Below, one piece after another: positions 28,779 through 35,131 of a DNA stretch of 64,000 nt. Source of the DNA: Myxococcota bacterium (GTDB taxonomy: Bacteria; Myxococcota_A; UBA9160; SMWR01); assembly GCA_039030075.1 (NCBI GenBank), contig JBCCEW010000004.1:25826-89825 (forward strand), given 5' to 3'. The translations under genes were made by a program, and so were the position numbers. The first letter of the stretch is position 1, and the number at the start of each line of letters is the position of its first letter. Under the pieces are notes generated by a model. The model was not told the DNA's origin and made no database searches. It saw only the letters and a list, made by a program, of their open reading frames with translations.

Positions 28779-29132
28779 TCCTCGTCTACCGGTGCACGCA
28801 CGAGGGCTCGGACACAGCTCTCTGCGCAGCGGACCTCCTCGGGGCCTTGGGTGGCATCCAGATCGGGGCACGGGCCACCGGCGCGAGCACCGCAACGCGG
28901 GCGCGACGCGACCTGTCGTCGCACCCGCTCTCGCAACCTGCGGGCTCTCGCGCGTGCAGCTTTCCACCGGAACCGCGCGTTGCGTTGGCTGCGGTGGGTT
29001 TCCCGTCGCGAATCCATCGCTGCATTCGAATCAACAAATGTGTTTGCGATAGCTCTTTTTCGTGCCGACACAGTTGACACCGGAATGAGTCTCGTTACTC
29101 TGCCGCGCGCTCACAAGGGGAGCACCGTTCCA

Positions 29133-29294
29133 TGAAGAACCGATCGACGTACAAGCGCCATTCGATCGCCGCGAACGCGGCGGGCGAAGAGATCGCGCGC
29201 TCGCTCGGTTGCGGTGCTTCTTGGCGAACTCCGCATGCCGGCCGTTTCGCGCCCGCACTCGTCGGCCCGTTCGCCTTGGTGGATCCGAAGTAGC
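29133..29294 (+). CDS. small hypothetical ORF (53 aa) upstream of the tRNA array
   Basis: Strong RBS AAGGGGAG 7 nt upstream of ATG; preceded by TTGACA-like -35 at 29074; not in supplied track because under 60 aa. Confidence 0.3.
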
Positions 29295-29441
29295 GATCCG
29301 CGTCTGATTCCCGTTGGAGCCAGGACCTCCTAGCGCCGGAATCGGCGCGAAGGAGGTTTCTCTCTTTCGGGTTGTGTTCGCGCTCGAGGCGCGGGCTCGC
29401 TGGCGGCGTCGCCGCGGCGAACAGAACAGCCCTACGCATAC

Positions 29442-29517
29442 GCCGCATTGGCTCAGTGGCTAGAGCATCCGCTTGTCGAGCGGAAGAGCGCGGGTTCGAA
29501 TCCCGCATGCGGCGCCA
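29442..29517 (+). tRNA. tRNA-Asp (GTC)
   Basis: Cloverleaf: acceptor GCCGCAT/ATGCGGC, D GCTC-AGTGGCTA-GAGC, anticodon loop TTGTCGA, T-arm GCGGG-TTCGAAT-CCCGC, encoded CCA. Confidence 0.85.
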
Positions 29518-29523
29518 GTTCAC

Positions 29524-29600
29524 CAGGGTGTAGCTCAGTCGGGAAGAGCTCTTTCTTCGGAAGGAAGCGGTCGTTGGTTCGAATCCAACCACCCTGACCA
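29524..29600 (+). tRNA. tRNA-Pro (CGG)
   Basis: Acceptor CAGGGTG/CACCCTG, anticodon loop TTCGGAA, canonical T-loop TTCGAAT, CCA. Confidence 0.85.
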
Positions 29601-29601
29601 G

Positions 29602-29678
29602 GCCGGGGTAGCCCAATCGGCAGAGGCGACGGTCTTAGACACCGTTCAGTGTGGGTTCGAATCCCACCTCCGGTACCA
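29602..29678 (+). tRNA. non-canonical tRNA with anticodon TAG (Leu-decoding): class-II-like 3-bp D-stem but short 5-nt variable loop
   Basis: Acceptor GCCGGGG/CTCCGGT (2 G.U), D-arm GCC-CAATCGGCAGA-GGC resembling tRNA-Leu, anticodon stem ACGGT/ACCGT with loop CTTAGAC, variable TCAGT, T-arm GTGGG-TTCGAAT-CCCAC, A73, CCA. Confidence 0.6.
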
Positions 29679-29684
29679 GTTTTC

Positions 29685-29760
29685 ATCGGCGTAGCTCAGA
29701 GGACAGAGCACCGCTCTGCGAAGGCGGAGGCCGCAGGTTCGAGTCCTGCCGCCGATACCA
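29685..29760 (+). tRNA. tRNA-Arg (GCG; G34 where bacterial Arg tRNAs normally carry A34)
   Basis: Acceptor ATCGGCG/CGCCGAT, anticodon loop CTGCGAA, T-arm GCAGG-TTCGAGT-CCTGC, CCA. Confidence 0.7.
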
Positions 29761-29785
29761 GGATCCCAACAGAGGAGACGTTCGT

Positions 29786-29874
29786 TCCGTGGTGGCGGAA
29801 TTGGCAGACGCACCGGGTTGTTACCCCGGCGCCCGACACCGGGCTTGCAGGTTCGAGGCCTGCCCACGGAGCCA
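29786..29874 (+). tRNA. non-canonical class-II tRNA (long variable arm, Leu-like D-arm) with anticodon GTT (Asn-decoding)
   Basis: Acceptor TCCGTGG/CCACGGA, D-arm GCG-GAATTGGCAGA-CGC (near-identical to E. coli tRNA-Leu D-arm), anticodon stem CCGGG/CCCGG with loop TTGTTAC, 17-nt variable arm with GCCCG-ACAC-CGGGC stem-loop, T-arm GCAGG-TTCGAGG-CCTGC, G73, CCA. Confidence 0.6.
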
Positions 29875-29875
29875 G

Positions 29876-29950
29876 GCCGACATAGCTCATCGAGCAGAGC
29901 ACCTGTTTCGTAACCAGGAGAGCGGGGTGCAAGTCCTCGTGTCGGCTCCA
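29876..29950 (+). tRNA. tRNA-Thr (CGT), T-loop TGCAAGT (G55)
   Basis: Acceptor GCCGACA/TGTCGGC, anticodon loop TTCGTAA, D-loop lacks GG, T-arm CGGGG-TGCAAGT-CCTCG, CCA. Confidence 0.7.
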
Positions 29951-29955
29951 CAACA

Positions 29956-30030
29956 CGCGCGGTAGCTCAGGAAGCAGAGCGCCCGGTTGAAGCCCGGGAG
30001 GCGCTGGTGCGACTCCAGCCTGCGCGACCA
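29956..30030 (+). tRNA. tRNA-Phe (GAA), T-loop TGCGACT (G55)
   Basis: Acceptor CGCGCGG/CTGCGCG, anticodon loop TTGAAGC, T-arm GCTGG-TGCGACT-CCAGC, A73, CCA. Confidence 0.75.
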
Positions 30031-30062
30031 GATTCGATCGATTGGAGAAGTCGTTTGAAACA

Positions 30063-30129
30063 TGCGGAGAGACTCGGAGTCGACCCGGCGTCATGAGCCG
30101 GGGGAGCGGGTTCGACTCCCGCCTCCGCG
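30063..30129 (+). pseudogene. degenerate tRNA-Met-like element (anticodon CAT) with truncated D-arm, no encoded CCA
   Basis: Anticodon arm CCGGC-GTCATGA-GCCGG, T-arm GCGGG-TTCGACT-CCCGC, acceptor TGCGGAG/CTCCGCG, but only 15 nt between acceptor and anticodon stem (tight GACTC-G-GAGTC hairpin instead of a D-arm). Confidence 0.4.
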
Positions 30130-30134
30130 AGTTC

Positions 30135-30209
30135 GTCCACGTGGTCCAGCAGCACGGATTCCGGGTTCTCACCCCGGAGACGCGGGTGCAAACCCCGCCG
30201 TGGGCACCA
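30135..30209 (+). tRNA. tRNA-Glu (CTC), T-loop TGCAAAC (G55)
   Basis: Acceptor GTCCACG/CGTGGGC, D-arm GTCC-AGCAGCAC-GGAT, anticodon loop TTCTCAC, T-arm GCGGG-TGCAAAC-CCCGC, CCA. Confidence 0.75.
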
Positions 30210-30213
30210 GTTC

Positions 30214-30289
30214 TGGCGAGTAGCTCAGAGGAAAGAGCGCCGGTCTGATATGCCGGAGGTCGGGGGTGCGAGGCCCTCCTCGCCAACCA
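30214..30289 (+). tRNA. tRNA-Ile (GAT), T-loop TGCGAGG (G55)
   Basis: Acceptor TGGCGAG/CTCGCCA, anticodon loop CTGATAT, T-arm GGGGG-TGCGAGG-CCCTC, CCA. Confidence 0.75.
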
Positions 30290-30315
30290 GGATTCGAAAC
30301 AGAGGAGAACACTTC

Positions 30316-30390
30316 ACCGTCGTAGCTCAACGAATAGAGCGCCGCGCTTCGGACGCGGAGGATGGGGGTTTGAATCCCCCCGACGGTTCC
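30316..30390 (+). tRNA. tRNA-Arg-like (TCG) with D-loop lacking GG and T-loop TTTGAAT (T56)
   Basis: Acceptor ACCGTCG/CGACGGT perfect 7 bp, D-arm GCTC-AACGAATA-GAGC, anticodon stem CCGCG/CGCGG with loop CTTCGGA, CCA. Confidence 0.55.
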
Positions 30391-30396
30391 ATGCCA

Positions 30397-30469
30397 GGCG
30401 GACGTAGCTCAGGTGGCAGAGCGCCGGCGTGCCACGCCGGAGGCCGCGGGATCGAAGCCCGCCGTCCGC
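30397..30469 (+). tRNA. tRNA-Gly (GCC), T-loop ATCGAAG (A54), CCA not encoded
   Basis: Acceptor GCGGACG/CGTCCGC, D GCTC-AGGTGGCA-GAGC, anticodon loop GTGCCAC, T-arm GCGGG-ATCGAAG-CCCGC, U73. Confidence 0.7.
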
Positions 30470-30471
30470 TC

Positions 30472-30547
30472 CTGGGGGCAGGCGCAATCGGAAGCGCATC
30501 CGGATCTGACCCGGAAGGTTCGGGGTTCGACTCCCCGGCCCCCATCC
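30472..30547 (+). tRNA. tRNA-Gln (CTG)
   Basis: Acceptor TGGGGGC/GCCCCCA, D GCGC-AATCGGAA-GCGC, anticodon stem TCCGG/CCGGA with loop ATCTGAC, T-arm CGGGG-TTCGACT-CCCCG, CCA. Confidence 0.8.
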
Positions 30548-30556
30548 AAAGACGCA

Positions 30557-30629
30557 CAGGGTGCCCGTCGGCTGCGGCCCGGGGACTCCAAATCCCGCGG
30601 AGGAGGGATCGACACCTTCGCACCCTGCC
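30557..30629 (+). tRNA. tRNA-Trp (CCA) with shortened atypical D-arm and A54 T-loop
   Basis: Acceptor AGGGTGC/GCACCCT (like E. coli tRNA-Trp), anticodon loop CTCCAAA identical to E. coli Trp, T-arm GAGGG-ATCGACA-CCTTC, G73 CCA; only 14 nt for the D-arm region. Confidence 0.6.
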
Positions 30630-30636
30630 AAGAACA

Positions 30637-30713
30637 CGGTGGTCGTAGCTCAACGGGCGAGAGTGCCGCTCTGTGACTGCGGAGACCCGGGTTCGAGTCC
30701 CGGCGACCGCCCC
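30637..30713 (+). tRNA. tRNA-His (GTG) with G-1
   Basis: Extra 5' G(-1) opposite C73, acceptor GTGGTCG/CGACCGC, anticodon loop CTGTGAC, T-arm CCGGG-TTCGAGT-CCCGG, CCA. Confidence 0.8.
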
Positions 30714-30728
30714 AACCCGAAAGACACG

Positions 30729-30803
30729 CTGAGGCGTAGCTCGAAGGCAGAGCAACCGATTCTTAATCGGTGGGGTGTGGGTTCGAGTCCCACCGCCTCA
30801 ACC
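30729..30803 (+). tRNA. tRNA-Lys (CTT)
   Basis: Acceptor TGAGGCG/CGCCTCA, D GCTC-GAAGGCA-GAGC, anticodon stem ACCGA/TCGGT with loop TTCTTAA, T-arm GTGGG-TTCGAGT-CCCAC, CCA. Confidence 0.85.
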
Positions 30804-30954
30804 AACCACACCGCGCGATGCGCGCGAGAAGGAGACACGAACGAGGTCAGCGTGGGCGGATCGTCGCCAGCGGAGCCGGTTCTGCATGCCGGCCTGGCGC
30901 GCGGGAGCTGAGAATCGCTCTGGCGCGTACCCGCGACGGACGCAGCGCTTGCCG

Positions 30955-31030
30955 GCATGGATAGCTCCAGTGGAAGAGCAACGGTTTGTCACACCGTGGG
31001 TCGTCGGTTCGAATCCGACTCCAAGCGCCA
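30955..31030 (+). tRNA. tRNA-Asp (GTC), second copy
   Basis: Acceptor GCATGGA/TCCAAGC (one A-A mismatch), D GCTC-CAGTGGAA-GAGC, anticodon stem ACGGT/ACCGT with loop TTGTCAC, T-arm GTCGG-TTCGAAT-CCGAC, CCA. Confidence 0.7.
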
Positions 31031-31095
31031 CTGCCTTCGAAGCAGTCCAATGGTCACGGCACCCGCCGCGGGGTTCGACTCCCCACCAACAAGAG
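31031..31095 (+). other. tRNA-like remnant (anticodon-arm-like CTGC-CTTCGAA-GCAG hairpin plus T-arm-like CGGGG-TTCGACT-CCCC) without a complete acceptor stem
   Basis: Contains GGTTCGACTCC T-loop consensus but cannot be folded into a full cloverleaf; directly abuts the last tRNA. Confidence 0.3.
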
Positions 31096-31426
31096 AAAGA
31101 AACGGGAGGCCCTCCCGCGTCACGGCGCGGAGTCGGTCGGGTGGCGACGCGGTCCTGGCGCTCGCCGCCCGGGTGGCGATGCGAGTGACGCAGCACCGGA
31201 GCGGCCCCGAGCCCGCGCCGCTGCCCGAGCCTGGTCGGTCGCAGCCGGCGGCGAGGAGCCGACCCGGCCCCACTGGTCGGCTCCGCAACCGCCACAAACG
31301 GTTCATCCGGCGCGAGCAAGCGCAGGGCCCGCCGCTCCGGTGTGGAGGGCCTCCCAACCCAACGATTTCCGAGGAGCGAGAGGGTCTCGCACCTCGCCAC
31401 ACACGAAGACCCTGGAGGTCGAGAAC

Positions 31427-32575
31427 ATGCGCAAGCTGTGGAAGCTCTACACGAAGTGGGAGATCGCGGATCACGAGCGCGGTCTGCTCTTTCAGCGCGA
31501 CAACTTCGTCCGCGTGCTGATGCCGGGTACGCACCGGCTCGCGGACCCGTTGGGCCGCATGCACGTGGACAAGTACGACCTCACGAATCCGGTGTTCGAG
31601 CACCCGATCGATGAGTTCCTGGTCAAGACGCACCCGGAGCTCGCGGATCACCTGACGGTGGTCGAGCTGGGTGACCGTGAGGTGGGTCTCGCTCACGTGG
31701 ACGGCAAGCTCGCCGACGTGCTGGCGCCGGCGACGCGGACGATCTTCTGGAAGGGCCTGCACAAGGTGCGGGTCCACGTCCAGGACGTGTCGGACGACTT
31801 CGCCGTGCCGCGCGAGATCGTGGGTCTGCTAGGTCGAGCGCTACCGCTGACGCGGCTGGCGAAGGCGGTCGAGCTGACGCACGTCTCGGACGGCCACGTG
31901 GGCCTGCTGCTGGTGGACGGCGTGCTCGAGCGCGTGCTCGAGCCGGGCGCGCACGCCTTCTGGAAGTGGGGCCGTGGGCTCCAGGTGCGACACCTGGACC
32001 TGCGACTCCAGAGCCTGGAGGTGTCGGGCCAGGAGATCCTGTCGAAGGACAAGGTCAGCCTGCGTCTCAACCTGACGGCGGGCTTCCGGGTCACTGACCC
32101 GGAGCGCGCCTTCCACGCGGTGCCGGACTTCGCGGACTTCCTGTACAAGGAGCTGCAGTTCGCTCTGCGTGAGGCGGTGGGTACACAGACCCTGGACGAG
32201 ATCCTCGCCAGCAAGGACGAGCTCGGCCAGTCGATCCACCGACAGGTCCGAGCGCGTGCGACGGAGGTCGGCCTCGAGGTGTCGAGCGTCGGTGTGAAGG
32301 ACATCATCCTCCCGGGTGAGATGAAGACACTGCTCAACCAGGTGGTGGAGGCGGAGAAGCAGGCGCAGGCCAACCTGATCCGCCGCCGGGAGGAGACCGC
32401 GGCCACGCGGTCGCTTCACAACACGGCGAAGATGCTCGAGCGAAGCCCGACGCTGCTCCGGCTCAAGGAGCTGGAGGCGCTGGAGAAGGTCACCGAGCGG
32501 ATCGACAAGCTCACCGTCTTCGGTGGTCTCGACGGCGTGCTTCACCAGTTGGTGAAGCTGGGCGACGGCGACTGA
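31427..32575 (+). CDS. SPFH/band-7 (slipin-like) domain protein, apparently cytoplasmic, with duplicated N-terminal about 60-aa repeat
   Basis: RBS GGAGGTCGAGAAC-ATG; band-7 core ...VSLRLNLTAGFRVTDPERAFHAV.DFADFLYKELQFALREAVGTQTLDEILASKDELGQSIHRQVRARATEVGLEVSSVGVKDIILPGEM... followed by coiled coil; no N-terminal TM helix. Confidence 0.75.
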   Translation: MRKLWKLYTKWEIADHERGLLFQRDNFVRVLMPGTHRLADPLGRMHVDKYDLTNPVFEHPIDEFLVKTHPELADHLTVVELGDREVGLAHVDGKLADVLAPATRTIFWKGLHKVRVHVQDVSDDFAVPREIVGLLGRALPLTRLAKAVELTHVSDGHVGLLLVDGVLERVLEPGAHAFWKWGRGLQVRHLDLRLQSLEVSGQEILSKDKVSLRLNLTAGFRVTDPERAFHAVPDFADFLYKELQFALREAVGTQTLDEILASKDELGQSIHRQVRARATEVGLEVSSVGVKDIILPGEMKTLLNQVVEAEKQAQANLIRRREETAATRSLHNTAKMLERSPTLLRLKELEALEKVTERIDKLTVFGGLDGVLHQLVKLGDGD

Positions 32576-32684
32576 GCCGACGTCGTGAAGACCCACAACC
32601 GTTCCGGCGTCCCGGGGGCCACCCCGGGGCGTCGGAACTCCTGCAACGCCGGCGCGCGATTCCCGCGCGCCCGGAGAACGAGGC

Positions 32685-34160
32685 ATGGCCAAGCGTCGAC
32701 GACGCGCTCGGCTGCGACCGCGGCTAGCGGTACCGCACCGGGTGGCAAAGCACATCGAGCGGCTCGGACTCTACGACGCGGCGGACTACCTGGCTTGGTG
32801 CCGCGCTCGGGGGTTCCGCGCGTGTGTGCAAAAGAGCTTCGCGGAGCTCGAACAGGAGTGGTGCGTCCACGGTCGCGACCTCGTTCGCGCGCGCTTTCGC
32901 TATCGCAAGGACCGCAAGCCCGGCCGCATGATCGCGGATGTTTGCGCGGGGCGCGCGGTGGCGGGCGATCTCGCGCGGCCCCGGTGGCGCAGCCTCGCGG
33001 AGCGGATCGAGCGCGCCCGGCTGGCTCCGGCCGCACGTCGCGCACTGCGCACGCTCGTCGAGATCTGCGATCGCAAGGGCGACCTGCTCCTCGCCGAAGG
33101 AGTCTTCGGGCACGCCCACTACGCGTTCGTCGACGGCTTGATCGGTCTCAGCCGCCATCATCGATCCTGGCTGCGCTCCCCCCAGGCATGGTGCGTGCGC
33201 ACCCACAACGCGCGGCGGCAGTTCGCCTCGCTCAGTCGACACCTCCTGGCGCGCTACCCCGTGCCGGCGTTTCTCGATGCTGCCTGGCTACGTGACGACC
33301 GCGCCGCGGGCGCCTACCGAGATTGGTTCGTGCGCGTGGGAAACGGACGGAGCCTGCGACGGGTCGCCGCACCCATCACCCTCAGCCACCGCATCGTGCA
33401 CCACTTCCTGGGGGCACCCGAGCACTACTCGATCGAGCAGGCCCTGCGCCGCGGACAGATCCGCGCATCGGGAGGCGACGACCGTCTGGTAGACGCCGTC
33501 GCCGGAACGAGGCTCGGCGACCACTTCCAGCACGAAGCGTTCTGGGCGACCGTCCTCGCGTTCCTCGCGAGGAACCCGGAACTCGACTCCAGCCAGGTCG
33601 GCCCGATCGTCGACTACCTGCACCACCAGCGATTCGTCGAGCGGGACGTCTTCGTAGCCCGCGGAGAACGACGTCGGCTTCCGGCGCCTCAGCCTCACCT
33701 GTCGATGAAGGGACGCCGACTGTCCGTTCTGTTGCGTCAGGTCGCTCGCTGGCATCGGGAACTCGCGCGGAGCGGTCCGGGAGCCAGCATCCGCTGGAAG
33801 CCCAGTGGCATCGGGGCACTGGATTTCGAGACGGGGGTCCCCGGCAAGAGCCTGCGCGTCTGGCGGATTCGGGAACTCCTGTCGGCCTCCGAGCTGCGCC
33901 GCGAAGGCAGCGTGCTGCGCCATTGTGTCGCCAGCTACGCCGGCGCGTGCGCATCGGGGAGTGCGTCGATCTGGACCATGGAACTCTGGAGCTTCGAGGG
34001 CGTCCAGAAGCGCCAGACGATCGAAGTCAGCCCGAACCGGGTGATCGTCCAGTGTCGCGGCCGCTTCAACCGCGATCCGAACGAACAGGAGCGGCAGATG
34101 CTGTCGCGCTGGGCCCAGCAGGAGATGCTGACGATCAGTCGCTTCGTCGCGACGGCGTAG
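32685..34160 (+). CDS. PcfJ-like protein (family common on conjugative elements and phages)
   Basis: C-terminal ELRREGSVLRHCVASYAGACASGSASIWTMELWSFEGVQKRQTIEVSPNRVIVQCRGRFN matches the PcfJ-like domain consensus (..EG..M.HCV.SY......G..SI..L.........T.EV.....V.Q.RG..N). Confidence 0.65.
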   Translation: MAKRRRRARLRPRLAVPHRVAKHIERLGLYDAADYLAWCRARGFRACVQKSFAELEQEWCVHGRDLVRARFRYRKDRKPGRMIADVCAGRAVAGDLARPRWRSLAERIERARLAPAARRALRTLVEICDRKGDLLLAEGVFGHAHYAFVDGLIGLSRHHRSWLRSPQAWCVRTHNARRQFASLSRHLLARYPVPAFLDAAWLRDDRAAGAYRDWFVRVGNGRSLRRVAAPITLSHRIVHHFLGAPEHYSIEQALRRGQIRASGGDDRLVDAVAGTRLGDHFQHEAFWATVLAFLARNPELDSSQVGPIVDYLHHQRFVERDVFVARGERRRLPAPQPHLSMKGRRLSVLLRQVARWHRELARSGPGASIRWKPSGIGALDFETGVPGKSLRVWRIRELLSASELRREGSVLRHCVASYAGACASGSASIWTMELWSFEGVQKRQTIEVSPNRVIVQCRGRFNRDPNEQERQMLSRWAQQEMLTISRFVATA

Positions 34161-34190
34161 CCAGAACGACCGCGGACCTCACGCGCCGAC

Positions 34191-35114
34191 CTACCGATAG
34201 AACTGCTCCGCCCAACGACGGAACTCCGGAACCGGGCCGTCGCCGTCCGAGAGCAGGGGCTTCGCGTGGTAGGCCTTGTTCTCCCAGACCGGGAAATCCT
34301 GGGTCACGGCCCGCGCCAACTCGTCGGCGTACTTCTGGTGGAAGGCTTCGAAGGACTCCTCGGTTCCCCCGCGCCGTTTGCCCAGCACACCGAAGCGAAG
34401 ATGCGTCGTCTCGTCATCGATCGGCGTCATGCCCATCAGAATGGTCGTGTCGAGCATTCCCGAGTAGCGGACGTAGCTGCTGCCGAGGCCCGGGTTGCGC
34501 CCGACGACGTGAATCTGGTCGACGGCCCCGTCCAGCGTCTCGATGTTCTTCGACGTGCTCGCTTCCCACAGCACTTCGTGGGCTTCGAAGCGCACGTCGC
34601 GGTAGTGGGGCATCTCCATCCCGTGGACGTGCTGGAAGTGGGGCCAGTCGACGCTGTTCTCGACGACTTCCTGCGGGTGGGTACGCACGGTCCACTCGTA
34701 GCGGGTCCAGGTCGTCGTCCAGCCCTCGGCGCCATACTCGGCGACGATCGGAGGCTCCCAGGTCGGCTCGGCGCGATCGGCGTGGTACCAGGCCCAGAGC
34801 ATGCCGGCCTGGTCGCGCAGCGGGTAGCGACCGACGTGCGCACCGGGGGGAACCCGTTTCGCGTAGGGCACCTCGATGCAGCTCCCGTCGCTGTCGAAGC
34901 GCCAGGCATGAAACGGACAGCGCAGGGTCTCTCCCTCGACGCGGCCGCCGTGCCCGAGGTGCGCGCCCAGGTGCGGACAGAAGGCATCGAAGCCGTGGAC
35001 CGCTCCGCTCTCGCCGCGGTAGACGACGAGATCGCGGCCGAAGTAGCGCCGCGGCAAGACGCCGCGCACCTCCAGGTCGTCGCTCCACGCGACCGGGTAC
35101 CAGCCCTGGGGCAT
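34191..35114 (-). CDS. Rieske [2Fe-2S] non-heme iron oxygenase, alpha-subunit-like (KshA-type)
   Basis: Rieske CPHLGAHL...CPFHAWRF and mononuclear iron DWPHFQHVH motifs; start refined to MPQGWYPVAW (the remainder of ORF 34191..35936 is out of frame with the upstream gene). Confidence 0.8.
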   Translation of the reverse strand: MPQGWYPVAWSDDLEVRGVLPRRYFGRDLVVYRGESGAVHGFDAFCPHLGAHLGHGGRVEGETLRCPFHAWRFDSDGSCIEVPYAKRVPPGAHVGRYPLRDQAGMLWAWYHADRAEPTWEPPIVAEYGAEGWTTTWTRYEWTVRTHPQEVVENSVDWPHFQHVHGMEMPHYRDVRFEAHEVLWEASTSKNIETLDGAVDQIHVVGRNPGLGSSYVRYSGMLDTTILMGMTPIDDETTHLRFGVLGKRRGGTEESFEAFHQKYADELARAVTQDFPVWENKAYHAKPLLSDGDGPVPEFRRWAEQFYR

Positions 35115-35131
35115 GCCGAAGGGGAAACGGC

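Noticed and set aside
30805-30954. 150-nt gap inside the tRNA array (CGCGCGATGCGCGCG palindrome, GCCGG-TTCTGCATG-CCGGC hairpin) examined for an additional tRNA
   Set aside because: A T-loop-like GGTTC is present but no acceptor, D or anticodon arms can be paired; at most another eroded tRNA or a structured spacer
29095-31400. Numerous 60-200-aa ORFs on both strands across the tRNA array
   Set aside because: Region folds into consecutive tRNA cloverleaves with conserved T-loops; the ORFs are incidental
32576-32684. CCCGGGGGCCACCCCGGGG hairpin after the SPFH gene as intrinsic terminator
   Set aside because: Strong stem but no U-tract and only about 100 nt before the next gene's start; could equally be an attenuator or nothing; not called as a feature
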